Part shown: positions 8,844-18,757 of the stretch, piece after piece | How positions within the stretch are numbered: the first letter of the stretch is position 1 | Layout of the letters: every line of letters starts with the position of its first letter | Source: Clostridia bacterium | GTDB taxonomy: Bacteria; Bacillota; Clostridia; UMGS1883 | Assembly: GCA_045545295.1 (NCBI GenBank) | Contig: JAZQAO010000004.1 | Location: 27,105-91,104, forward strand | Length of the DNA stretch: 64,000 nt | Reading direction: 5' to 3' | Program-made: the position numbers and the translations under genes | Notes under the pieces: model-generated | Told to the model about the DNA's origin: nothing | Database searches by the model: none | Seen by the model: only the letters and a program-made list of their open reading frames with translations

Positions 8844-10523
8844 TTATTTATTTACTATGCCCGTTACTTCAAAAAATTCTCCGCCTGCCATAATATGCTT
8901 TTTCACTTTTTGCGTAAATGACGAAACCGGCGCAAGACCTTTTAGCATCTGTCTTGTTGCATTCCACTTAAAAGTATATCTTATGATTGCATCTGACTTT
9001 TCTTTCAAAACCGGCTTGAACAGGCTTTGAAACTTTAGTATATTGCTTTCTTCATTCAAAAACTGCACCAATGTATCATCAAGAAGCCATGTATGACAGG
9101 TAAAGCATTTGTAATCATATTCAGGAAAATATTCTGAAAAGAATTTTTTTGCCAAAGCAAAAGATTTGAGGCATTCTTCGTAAGATAACGGTTCGCCCTC
9201 GGGAATATGCACTTCAATAACTTGGTCGCCTTTTTTGAGGTTTTCTTCGGGGATGTCGTGCTCCGCTTCTCCAAGGCAGAACTGAAGTCTTCCAAGGCGG
9301 AAAAGCTTAAAATCAAGGTGCCGCTTCAGCCATGAAAGCTCACCAAGATAAAGTCCGCCCTTTATATCACTCCATGTATTTGTCCACACTACAAGGTCTG
9401 TTAAAGTATCAAAAAGAATCTTTTCGTCTATTCCCTTTTCTTCGTATTTACTTTTAAGGTCCTCACACATATATAGGAACGAAAGCAAATTCCGCACGCC
9501 GTCACTTTCCGTACAATCGTATTTCTGAATTGTTATATTATCTGAAATTCTTATGTTTTTAAGGGCACAGAAAAACTCGTCATCGTATATTTTCGGGAAA
9601 TTCAACAAACCGTACCACTTTTTTATAATAGCATAAACATCAGGATTTATGCAGGACCAGTCGCTTGATTCGCCTGCTTTAACAGAAAGCTTATCTGCAG
9701 TTTTTTCGATTTTTCCGATAAAACGAAGGAAATTATCTCGGTACAGCTTTTGGCGGTTTTCCCTGCTTACACCGATTTTGTCCATTATTTTGCCATCAAG
9801 CTCCAGCCAATTTTTTGTCCAGCCATAATTATAGTTATTTGATGAGGCATCCGTGCCGAACATAATGTTGTCTCCGACATCGTAACCGATTGTATAGATC
9901 TTTGTCAAAAGCTCTTCACGGTAAATTTCAGGAGTCCCCGGTGTGATGTCAAAGAACATTTCTGCGGTTTCATTACTGTCAAGCAAAAACATATACTCGC
10001 CGTAAAGCGATATACAATCATCAACCCATGGCCACGAGCAGTGCCCCATTGAAAACCTGAGTCCCTTAATATTTATGAGTGCTTCCCAGTTAAACGGACG
10101 GTTATATTTCTCATTAACCTTTCTGTCCCACAGTATTCCGGAATGGAAAAACACAGGTTTATCGAGCTTTGCAATTTCTCTTAAAACCTCAAGACATTTT
10201 TCCTCGTACACATAAAAGTCACTGCAGATTATTTTAAATCCACACACACCTTTTTCTGCGGCTTTACGGACATTCTCTATTATATTTTCCTCATAAGGAT
10301 GTATCCACACAACAGGGAATATTCTGTCTTCGTGCCCTTTTGACCATTCAAGAACTTCGTTAAGTCTTTCTTCAAAGGAGCTTCCTTTTATTTCATTATC
10401 CTCTCTGGGGGGATTTGAAAAAACACAACCACCAAAGATCCCCGCTTTTTCCATATCTGAAAGCAGTTTATCAGGGTCAGGCACAGTGTTGCGGGCATGT
10501 ATGTGCATATCAATAATTTTCAC
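8844..10523 (-). CDS. amidohydrolase fused to a C-terminal domain of uncertain function (possibly acyltransferase-like)
   Basis: 559 aa. Residues 1-280 are clearly paralogous to the 7812-8675 product (DMHIH, FFHSGILWD, RFSMGHCSWPW shared). About 270 aa of C-terminal extension has no motif I can name confidently. Confidence 0.7.
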   Translation of the reverse strand: MKIIDMHIHARNTVPDPDKLLSDMEKAGIFGGCVFSNPPREDNEIKGSSFEERLNEVLEWSKGHEDRIFPVVWIHPYEENIIENVRKAAEKGVCGFKIICSDFYVYEEKCLEVLREIAKLDKPVFFHSGILWDRKVNEKYNRPFNWEALINIKGLRFSMGHCSWPWVDDCISLYGEYMFLLDSNETAEMFFDITPGTPEIYREELLTKIYTIGYDVGDNIMFGTDASSNNYNYGWTKNWLELDGKIMDKIGVSRENRQKLYRDNFLRFIGKIEKTADKLSVKAGESSDWSCINPDVYAIIKKWYGLLNFPKIYDDEFFCALKNIRISDNITIQKYDCTESDGVRNLLSFLYMCEDLKSKYEEKGIDEKILFDTLTDLVVWTNTWSDIKGGLYLGELSWLKRHLDFKLFRLGRLQFCLGEAEHDIPEENLKKGDQVIEVHIPEGEPLSYEECLKSFALAKKFFSEYFPEYDYKCFTCHTWLLDDTLVQFLNEESNILKFQSLFKPVLKEKSDAIIRYTFKWNATRQMLKGLAPVSSFTQKVKKHIMAGGEFFEVTGIVNK

Positions 10524-10539
10524 TGATTATCATTCCTTT

Positions 10540-12498
10540 TTAACCTATTACAAGAAGTTTTGTCAGTCCCGTTGCGGAGAAAAATCTTGAAAACTGGTAA
10601 TTTGCAACACCGAACTGAGGTTCCGTCTTCTGTCCGGGCGGAACAAGATACATACGCTCACACTCAAGTTCTTCAATAACATAGGTCGGGTCCTCTTTTA
10701 GTTTATCAAGATGATGGCGCACCGTTGCAAAACGCGACGCCATAGCCGCGTTATGAAGCTCTGTTACCTCGCTTCCGAAAGCTTTGTTGTAGAAAAGATA
10801 GAATTCGCGTGCTTCTTTTTTGAAATTACCGTAAAGTTCTTCTATTACCTTTGATTCTTCGTAAAGCTTATCAAGCATTTCATTATCACGGGAATCATAA
10901 GCTTTTTTAAGTCTTATTCCGTAATCAGCCTTTACGGAAAGCAGATGCATAATACTCTTAATATATCTGAAGCCAGGTGCAAATAAGCCTTTATCAGGTC
11001 CTCTGTCTTTGAAATTTTCATACATTCTCTTATAGAAAGTGCAGGCATCTACACCCTCGATATACTTGTCAACAAGCCCTATCAACGGGTCATTGTAAAG
11101 AAGAGCAAAGGAGGTTTTGACATAATCCTGTTCAACTGGAACTATACTGTTTTTTCTGCCTGCGGGATAGTTCATTTCTTCAAGGTCAAGGATATCGTCT
11201 GCCGCAAAGCCGAAAATGTACTTAAAACGCTTTTTGATTTCAGCTTCATCATACACTCCGTTATAGTCCATCTCCGCATAAAGTAAAATGCCGTAAAGCG
11301 CCATTACAAGAACGCCCTCGCCGCCATCATTCCACAATGCCGCTAATACATCGCGTACACCGTTTCGCATACAGGCAGAAAGCCCCTCTTTAGCGGAATA
11401 AACAGATAAAAGGTATGCAGGAACAGGTCCGACCCACGTTTGGATACCGCCTGAATACAGAATATTATCTGTAATTTTCTTATGAATTTTCAGTACTTTT
11501 TCATTTTCCTCAGCATCGAACACTTCCTCACCGTTTTCCGATGCAAAAATAGAATGCTGCCAATAGTTGAGCCTTATTCCATCTGGGATACGGTCTAACT
11601 GCTCTTTTGTAAATTCTATGTCCGATGTATATCTCTTTCCCGTAAATATTTGAAAAAGAATGTCACTTGAAAGAGTTATTTCAAAGCCGTACTTATCAGC
11701 AATCTCCTTAACACGGGAAAGATGCTCACAGAATATATCAAACTGCGGTCTTAAACCGTTTTTCTTCTTATATACAACACAGCCAAAGGTCGGTGCCTCA
11801 TCCATTCCCACATCAATACGACGGCTTGTAAAAGAATCGCTTAACGATGCAAACATTTTATCGATAAGGTCGTATGTCTTTTCGCTGCCCACAAGCAAAG
11901 TGCTTACCGGGTTATAATCTTCCCGGCAGTCGCCCATAGTACTCCATTTAAGAATCTGTTCAGCGTGACCGAGAGTCTGTATACACGGGAAAAGCTCAAT
12001 TCCGAATACCTGTGCATATTTATCCATATCACGGATTTCTTCTTTTGTGTATCTTCCGCGCTGATAGCCAAAATACGGATACTCGGGAACTTCAAATATA
12101 TCCTCAAGGTATAAGGAAAGTGTATTAAGCCCCATAATTGCCTGCTTGCGTATTATTTCTTTAACTATTTCAGGTCGAAGCACCATACTGTAGGATACAT
12201 CAAGAAGTGCACCGTTAGTCTTAAAATTCGGGGTTTCCTTTTTATAAAAAGAATCTTTTCCGTCAGCAATTGCTTCACACAGAAGGCCCAAGCCACGGAA
12301 AAAACGGATCGGTTGGTTTCCGTAGGTTATAACTGCTTCTTTTTGTTTTAAAGAAATCTCTACAATCTCATCTTCTGCTTTTTTTACAGATACACATATA
12401 TCTGCCTCTTCCTTTTTTCCAACCGTAAAGCCAAGCTCGGACGAAAGCTCTATAATACCGTAATCAAGGGTATCTGCGGTTTCAAAATATAATATCAT
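10540..12498 (-). CDS. GH20 beta-N-acetylhexosaminidase (GH20C-like, cytoplasmic)
   Basis: 652 aa, no signal peptide. YLEDIFEVPEYPYFGYQRGRYTKEEI, PCIQTLGH and IDVGMDEA (the GH20 D-E pair) match my recollection of Streptococcus pneumoniae GH20C. Confidence 0.85.
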   Translation of the reverse strand: MILYFETADTLDYGIIELSSELGFTVGKKEEADICVSVKKAEDEIVEISLKQKEAVITYGNQPIRFFRGLGLLCEAIADGKDSFYKKETPNFKTNGALLDVSYSMVLRPEIVKEIIRKQAIMGLNTLSLYLEDIFEVPEYPYFGYQRGRYTKEEIRDMDKYAQVFGIELFPCIQTLGHAEQILKWSTMGDCREDYNPVSTLLVGSEKTYDLIDKMFASLSDSFTSRRIDVGMDEAPTFGCVVYKKKNGLRPQFDIFCEHLSRVKEIADKYGFEITLSSDILFQIFTGKRYTSDIEFTKEQLDRIPDGIRLNYWQHSIFASENGEEVFDAEENEKVLKIHKKITDNILYSGGIQTWVGPVPAYLLSVYSAKEGLSACMRNGVRDVLAALWNDGGEGVLVMALYGILLYAEMDYNGVYDEAEIKKRFKYIFGFAADDILDLEEMNYPAGRKNSIVPVEQDYVKTSFALLYNDPLIGLVDKYIEGVDACTFYKRMYENFKDRGPDKGLFAPGFRYIKSIMHLLSVKADYGIRLKKAYDSRDNEMLDKLYEESKVIEELYGNFKKEAREFYLFYNKAFGSEVTELHNAAMASRFATVRHHLDKLKEDPTYVIEELECERMYLVPPGQKTEPQFGVANYQFSRFFSATGLTKLLVIG

Positions 12499-12510
12499 AA
12501 CTTTTCCTCC

Positions 12511-14451
12511 TCAGCCCACAACTAAGTTTCTTGCAATTCCTGTTGATGAATAGAAACGTCCGAACTCATAGTCTACTATATTATATACTACCTTTTCAGT
12601 CGGAGGAACCATATATAATCGCTCATCCTCAAGCTCTTCTATTATATAAGATGGGTCTTCTTTCAGCTTGTCAAGATAGTAACGGACCGTCTCAAAACGT
12701 GATGCCATTGCACTGAGGCGGACTTCGATTATTTCGCTTCCCAGATTTTTCGCATAGAATAAATGAAATCTTTGTGCCGTTTCTTTGAAATCCTTATACC
12801 GTTTTTCAAGTTCTATAGCATCGTTATATAAAACTTCCAGCGCCTTTTCATCGCGGGCATCGTAAGCCTTTTTTAGTCTTAAACCGTAATCAGCCTTCAA
12901 CGGCAGTATGTATAAAATGCCCTTTATAAAATCAAATGCCGGTCCGAACAATCCGCTGTCTGTACCTCTGTCCTTAAATTCTCCATACATTTTTGTATAA
13001 AAGCCCTTCGCGTCATAATCTTCAACATGCCTGTCCATAAGACCAAGAATAGGGTCGCTGTAGAAAAGCGCTATTGCTGTCTTTTTATAATCTGCCTCCA
13101 CCGGAAGCTTGTCATTTATTCTTCCCTCGGGGAAGTTTATTTTTTCAAGTTCAATGATATCGTCCGCTTCAAAGCCGAATATGTACTTAAAACGTTTTTT
13201 AATCTCTGCTTCATCATAAAAGCCATTATAGTCCATTTCCGCATAGATCATCAGCGCATACATTGCAAAAACAAGAGGAGCTTCACCGTCGCTCCAGATT
13301 GAGCACAAAACCTCTTTTACATCATTCTTTATACAAGCTTCAAGCGCATTTTTTGCCGAGTAATTTGATAAAAGATATAAAAATACAGGACCAACCCAGC
13401 TTTGAACACCTCCCATATATAAAAGGTTATCAGTCATTGTCTGATGTATTTTGAGCACCTTTTCATTTTCCGCAGCATCAAAAACTTTCTCGTCTTTTTC
13501 CGGAGTATAGATACCATATCTCCAATAGCAAAGCTTTACGCCCTCGGGAATAAGCTTTAATTGTTCTTCTGTAAAAGTAATATCGGAGGTATAATGCCCA
13601 CCTGTCATCATCTTGAAAAACATATCGCTTGAAACCATTATTTCAAAGCCATATTTATCTGCGATTTCCTTTACTTTTTCTATATGACGGCAGAATAATT
13701 CAAACTGAGGCTTAAGACCATTCTTATACTTATAATTTCCAAGACCCATCAGCGATGCTTCGTCCATACCGACCTCAAGATGCTTTGAAGAAAAGCTGTC
13801 TGCAATTGAAGCCATCATTCTGTCAATAAGGTAGTATGTTTTTTCATCATCAAGCATAAGTGTATTTATTGTATCACGATACTCTGTCATAGAATCCCAC
13901 TTAAGTGCCTGTTCAAAGTGACCAAGAGTTTGAATAGATGGAAAAAGTTCGATACCGAAAACTTGTGCATATTTATCCATATCACGGATTTCTTCTTTTG
14001 TGTATCTTCCGCGCATATGGCCAAAATAAGGGTATTCCGGCACTTCAAACATTTCCTCAAGATAGAACATAAATGTATTAAGTCCCATAATAGCCTGTTT
14101 GCGAAGCATTTCCTTTATTATTTCAGGACGGTGAACAAGTTTTCTTGCAAAATCAAACATTGATCCATTCATTGTGAAATTCGGGATTTCCTTTTTTGAA
14201 AAAACTTTTTTTCCGTCGCTTACAGCCTCGCACAAAAGTCCGAGACCCCTGTAAAATCGTATAAGCTGACCACCGTAGACAATGCTTGCCTCTTTTCCGT
14301 TAAGGCTAACCTCAACACAATCTTCATCTGTTTCAGAAACGCTGACAATTATGTCAGCGTTTCCCTTTTCTCCTTTTTCAAAGCCAAGTTCACAGGAAAT
14401 TTCTCTAATTCCATCAAGAAGTTTATCTGCATTCTCAAAATATAAAATCAT
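12511..14451 (-). CDS. GH20 beta-N-acetylhexosaminidase (tandem paralog)
   Basis: 646 aa, collinear with the previous product (YLEEMFEVPEYPYFGHMRGRYTKEEI, LEVGMDEA). Confidence 0.85.
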   Translation of the reverse strand: MILYFENADKLLDGIREISCELGFEKGEKGNADIIVSVSETDEDCVEVSLNGKEASIVYGGQLIRFYRGLGLLCEAVSDGKKVFSKKEIPNFTMNGSMFDFARKLVHRPEIIKEMLRKQAIMGLNTFMFYLEEMFEVPEYPYFGHMRGRYTKEEIRDMDKYAQVFGIELFPSIQTLGHFEQALKWDSMTEYRDTINTLMLDDEKTYYLIDRMMASIADSFSSKHLEVGMDEASLMGLGNYKYKNGLKPQFELFCRHIEKVKEIADKYGFEIMVSSDMFFKMMTGGHYTSDITFTEEQLKLIPEGVKLCYWRYGIYTPEKDEKVFDAAENEKVLKIHQTMTDNLLYMGGVQSWVGPVFLYLLSNYSAKNALEACIKNDVKEVLCSIWSDGEAPLVFAMYALMIYAEMDYNGFYDEAEIKKRFKYIFGFEADDIIELEKINFPEGRINDKLPVEADYKKTAIALFYSDPILGLMDRHVEDYDAKGFYTKMYGEFKDRGTDSGLFGPAFDFIKGILYILPLKADYGLRLKKAYDARDEKALEVLYNDAIELEKRYKDFKETAQRFHLFYAKNLGSEIIEVRLSAMASRFETVRYYLDKLKEDPSYIIEELEDERLYMVPPTEKVVYNIVDYEFGRFYSSTGIARNLVVG

Positions 14452-14479
14452 AGTTACATCTCCAAATCACTGTTGAGAA

Positions 14480-16075
14480 TTATTTTACCTTCATCATTCT
14501 CCATATCATCGTTGCTGCCTCCGCTCGGGTAAGGTTATCTTTTGGCATAAACTTATTATCACCCTTACCGTTTATAAGTCCCATCTGCTGCAACGCGGAA
14601 ACTGCCGTTTTTGCATAATTACTTACAGCATCTTTATCGCTGAATGTAATTTCATCGCCGTTTATAAAAGTGTGCTTGTTTCGGGCAAGGCTGTTATATA
14701 TAATAACCGCTGTATCCTGACGTGTAATATTTTTACCCTTGCCGAATGAACTGTCACTCATTCCTTTAATTATTCCTGCAGAATAAGCAGTATATATGTA
14801 TGGATAGCACCAGTCAGTTTTTTTGATATCATCAAAAGGAAGTGCTTCTGTTTCAGAATTTTGTTCTATTCCCGATGCAAGGACAATCATTTTCACCAGT
14901 TCTTCCCTTGTAAGGAAGTCGTCAGGACGGAATTTGCCTGAACCGTCACCATTTATAATCCCTTTGTCTTTCAGGCTTTTTACTGCATCCTTTGCCCAAT
15001 GAGAGTTTTCCACATCATCAAACGGTGCAATATCTGCAACAGGGTCTTTCATTTCCATAATGACACCCCCGCTGCCACCGCTTACAGAGGTACTTCCACC
15101 CCCTGCACCACCTCCGCCTGAGGCTGAACCGCTGTAGCTGTTTTTCGCAGGAACGGTTATTTCAAGTTTTTCCGAAATAGTGGTGCTTCCTATCTTAACT
15201 GTAACAATAAGCTCTACCTTGTGGCTTTCATCATCGGGTGTTACCGTTCCTTTGTCACTTAAAACAGCACTGTTACTGCTAGAATATGAAATTTCAGAAT
15301 TATTCGGTCCTACGGTGGGAAGAATCAGGCTTTCATTAATTCTGCCGAGATTATATCCGCTGCGAAGAGTATCAAGTACCCAATCCATATCTTCTCTCGC
15401 CATTTCACTAATCTCATCTGTGGCCATGGATTTTACAATTATCGGATAAGTGACAGCCGTTCTTTCATATCCGAAAGTGAAATTGACAGTGAAGTTTACG
15501 ATTTTGTCCTCATACATAGAACGCGTAATCTTTCCGTCGGAGGTGATAATTTCAGGATCTTCACTTACACAGGTGATTGCCATATATGTTCTTGTAAACT
15601 CGGGAATGATAAGGTCTTCGCGTACTGCCATAAGGTTTTGATTACTCATAAATTCTTTATCAAAATCATCCCTGAGGCTTTTTAGCGATTTACTTATTTC
15701 CCTGCCGATTGACATTTCTTCAATTCTTACCATGAAATTTCTGACAACCGATTTATTTTCATAGCTTATATGTGCCGAAAGGATGACACATACTCTGCCG
15801 TCACCGTAAGCAGGACGGCTTACTACGCCTTTGTTTCCATCAATGCTAATCAAAGTTTCATTGCTTGATGTCCAGTAAACATCTGTATTCTCCCACTTTG
15901 CGGGCAGATACAAATCCTCTGTTACATCTCCTATATTCTCCGAAGATAAAACGGAAAACACAAGCTTATTACGCGCCTGACGCAAAACACTATCTGCATC
16001 CTGGGCAAAACACGGAAAGCTTCCCAGCATTATTATTAAAGCTATAACAGCCGATATCACGGAATTTTTCTTCAT
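14480..16075 (-). CDS. secreted surface protein: 3 short Ig-like (LxLP..W.SS..G.V..P) modules, Gly/Ser linker, 3 C-terminal SLH domains
   Basis: Signal peptide MKKNSVISAVIALIIMLGSFPCFA. SGSASGGGGAGGGSTSVSGGSGG linker. SLH motifs (FDDVENSHWAKDAV.., FDDIKKTDWCYPYI.., FSDKDAVSNYAKTAV..). Confidence 0.8.
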   Translation of the reverse strand: MKKNSVISAVIALIIMLGSFPCFAQDADSVLRQARNKLVFSVLSSENIGDVTEDLYLPAKWENTDVYWTSSNETLISIDGNKGVVSRPAYGDGRVCVILSAHISYENKSVVRNFMVRIEEMSIGREISKSLKSLRDDFDKEFMSNQNLMAVREDLIIPEFTRTYMAITCVSEDPEIITSDGKITRSMYEDKIVNFTVNFTFGYERTAVTYPIIVKSMATDEISEMAREDMDWVLDTLRSGYNLGRINESLILPTVGPNNSEISYSSSNSAVLSDKGTVTPDDESHKVELIVTVKIGSTTISEKLEITVPAKNSYSGSASGGGGAGGGSTSVSGGSGGVIMEMKDPVADIAPFDDVENSHWAKDAVKSLKDKGIINGDGSGKFRPDDFLTREELVKMIVLASGIEQNSETEALPFDDIKKTDWCYPYIYTAYSAGIIKGMSDSSFGKGKNITRQDTAVIIYNSLARNKHTFINGDEITFSDKDAVSNYAKTAVSALQQMGLINGKGDNKFMPKDNLTRAEAATMIWRMMKVK

Positions 16076-16091
16076 TTTGCTTAACTCCTTA

Positions 16092-18746
16092 TCAATAAAC
16101 CACTATTACCTGATTTGATGACTGCTTCGTCATATAAACCCTCTGTCCTTCCACAAGCTCATACCTTGTAATAGGCTCAAACTTACGCGCATCATCGTCA
16201 TACTTCATAAATACTGCTTTGTTTGTAATGGGGATTGAGTATGACTTTTCAGTTCCGTTTTCATTTACAATAACCGAGCAGTATCCAAGCTCTGCAATAT
16301 CAAGAGTCCCCCACAATGTCAATATGCCGGGAAGGTCTTTTATAAGAACATCGTGGTCCCAGTAAATAGCTGAGCCCATATCTTTTCTGAAATCGAAAAT
16401 CTGTTCAAAAACAACCAGCTGCTCTGTATTTTCAGATGTCATTGCCCATGATTTTTCGTTAGTATTTTTCTCATACTGTATAACGGCTCCGGGTTTCAGT
16501 TTTAACATAGCCTGGGTATCGTGTGCCAAAGCATCGGATACATTAATCTTGATTTTTTCACCGTTCTGCCAGCCTTCTATAGCTGTAAAGCGCTCTCCGC
16601 TACCGTCAACCGTTCCTACAACCTTGTCAATATACAAAACAGGTGATGAGCCGTAGTTTATAATAGTTTCATACCCTCTTTCTATAGAGTCGTACTTTAT
16701 CATAATTTTGTCGTGTAAAACAACCGCTCCTACATGACCGTTATCAACATCGTACAAAGTGCAGGTATACCCTGTTCCATCGGAAAAGAACTTAGTATGT
16801 ATTCCTGATGCCATAACATCCTCGTAAACGGCATCTTTAGGAATAGCAAACACTATTGTGGAGTTATCCATAAAGTACTTCTGCCCGATAACGCCCTGAC
16901 GGTATGTCCAGTATGAGGATGGTGCATCCTCCGACAAAACATCGGGGTTTACAGTTGTATCGGCAAGATAAATTTCTTTCAAAACATTTTTGTCGTCCAC
17001 ACGGTATCTTATAATTTGCCTTTGGACATTTCCGCTTCCGCCGAGGGCATTGCAAAGTGCATCTCCGTAAAGATGCTTTTCAGTATACTCAAATCCCGTA
17101 TTCTGACCGAGCAGAACTTTTTTGTTTGCCTCAACCTCAAATATTTCGAAGCGGTTTTCTGCTGTCAGCACCTTTAATCTGGCACTTTTTCCCACAGCTC
17201 CGTTTCGCTCAGCTTCAATAAGATATCCGTATTTCAACACATCAGCACTGTTTTCATAATCAGAAAGCTTTATATCAGCAACCAGTCCAAAAGCTTCAAT
17301 GTAGAAGGTTAAAGTTCTTGAATCAGGCTCCTGCCAGTTTTCTGCAAGACCTTTTTTTACTGCATCCTTATAGCTTTCAGAAAGTATTAGTTCAAAGGTT
17401 TTATCCTCACTTTTTACAGTTAAAACTCTGTCGTTTTCAATATCTTCAATAGCTGAAATCTGACCGTTTATGACAGTGTGGTCTGCAATTATTTTTATCT
17501 TTTCGCCGTCAAGGCTTTCACAAACTGAAATGACATCGCCCTTTTTAAGGCTGTCTGCCGTAACCTCTATGTTTTCTTTTAAAATAAAAACATCTTTCGC
17601 CTCTTCAAGATTGACATGCTTTTTGTAAACATCGACTATTTTTCCTTCCGTAACATTATCAACAATGAGAGATCTGTAGCTGTTTACAACGGCAAAATCA
17701 TATATTCCGTCATCTTCCCTGTCAAAAAGGGTTACGCTTCCCTCTTCGGGGTTAAGCAAAGCATCTTTCACATTAACCGAACTTACTTCTTTTCCGTTGT
17801 AATGAATTATAATATTATCTGCCAGTTCAAGCGACTGAATTCTTTCATTCTTGTCATAATATAAGAAAGTATGTAAATCCGTATCCCCGATTATGTTTTT
17901 TGCATCTATTTCCATTCGTTCCTCGTTCTGAGATGCTTTTATATACACAACCCTCTTATCTGAATCTTTTCCCGTGAGATAGAATGTCACTTTATATCCG
18001 AAAAGCTCACTGATGGTATTGAAATCATTTTTATAAACTACACCGTCAATTTCAATATTTCCCTTTTCAACAGCTTTTCCCATAGATATTCCCGGGGTGC
18101 CCGTAACATATCCCTCAAAAATTTCCGTGTCGAGATACTCGCTCAAAACATTATGACCCGATACAACAGTTCCCATCGCGTCCATAATATCAACAGTAAG
18201 GCTGTTTAATATAAGATGACACGCATCTTCTCTTGTAAATTCGCCTCCTGATGAAGTGTTTTTAAGAATTTTAAAAGTTGTTGCAAGCTCATTATACCCT
18301 TTCGGATAGCCGCCCTTTATCTCTGCAAGTTCCTTATATCCGAGCGCGCAAATAATGATTTTAATTGCTTCCTGGCGGCTCACAGTCCTGTCAGGGGCAA
18401 AAGTATCCTCAGAAATACCGTCTATAAGATTTATACCTTTGGCAAATTCAATATATCCTTTTGCCCAGTGATTTTCAGATACATCTTTAAACACACCCTC
18501 TCCTGCGTATCCTCCGGTAATTTCATCGTGCCCCATCATACGCAGAATAAGCGCAGTATATTCAGAACGCTTAAGAGTATCTTCAAGACGCAAATCTCCG
18601 TTTTCATCGCCTTTCAGCAGATTTAATGCTACAAGCAAATTTATATCATTTTCAGTATATCTGCCTGCAGAAAATACAGCCATCGGCACTATTATCTGAC
18701 AAATCAGCAGCACAATCAGGAATAATCCTGTAATTCTTTTTTTCAT
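16092..18746 (-). CDS. SLH-anchored large surface protein, C-terminal ~700 aa unassigned
   Basis: 884 aa with a signal peptide and N-terminal SLH triplet (FKDVSENHWAKGYIEF..). Paralog of the next gene. Confidence 0.75.
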   Translation of the reverse strand: MKKRITGLFLIVLLICQIIVPMAVFSAGRYTENDINLLVALNLLKGDENGDLRLEDTLKRSEYTALILRMMGHDEITGGYAGEGVFKDVSENHWAKGYIEFAKGINLIDGISEDTFAPDRTVSRQEAIKIIICALGYKELAEIKGGYPKGYNELATTFKILKNTSSGGEFTREDACHLILNSLTVDIMDAMGTVVSGHNVLSEYLDTEIFEGYVTGTPGISMGKAVEKGNIEIDGVVYKNDFNTISELFGYKVTFYLTGKDSDKRVVYIKASQNEERMEIDAKNIIGDTDLHTFLYYDKNERIQSLELADNIIIHYNGKEVSSVNVKDALLNPEEGSVTLFDREDDGIYDFAVVNSYRSLIVDNVTEGKIVDVYKKHVNLEEAKDVFILKENIEVTADSLKKGDVISVCESLDGEKIKIIADHTVINGQISAIEDIENDRVLTVKSEDKTFELILSESYKDAVKKGLAENWQEPDSRTLTFYIEAFGLVADIKLSDYENSADVLKYGYLIEAERNGAVGKSARLKVLTAENRFEIFEVEANKKVLLGQNTGFEYTEKHLYGDALCNALGGSGNVQRQIIRYRVDDKNVLKEIYLADTTVNPDVLSEDAPSSYWTYRQGVIGQKYFMDNSTIVFAIPKDAVYEDVMASGIHTKFFSDGTGYTCTLYDVDNGHVGAVVLHDKIMIKYDSIERGYETIINYGSSPVLYIDKVVGTVDGSGERFTAIEGWQNGEKIKINVSDALAHDTQAMLKLKPGAVIQYEKNTNEKSWAMTSENTEQLVVFEQIFDFRKDMGSAIYWDHDVLIKDLPGILTLWGTLDIAELGYCSVIVNENGTEKSYSIPITNKAVFMKYDDDARKFEPITRYELVEGQRVYMTKQSSNQVIVVY

Positions 18747-18757
18747 AATGTTGCTCC

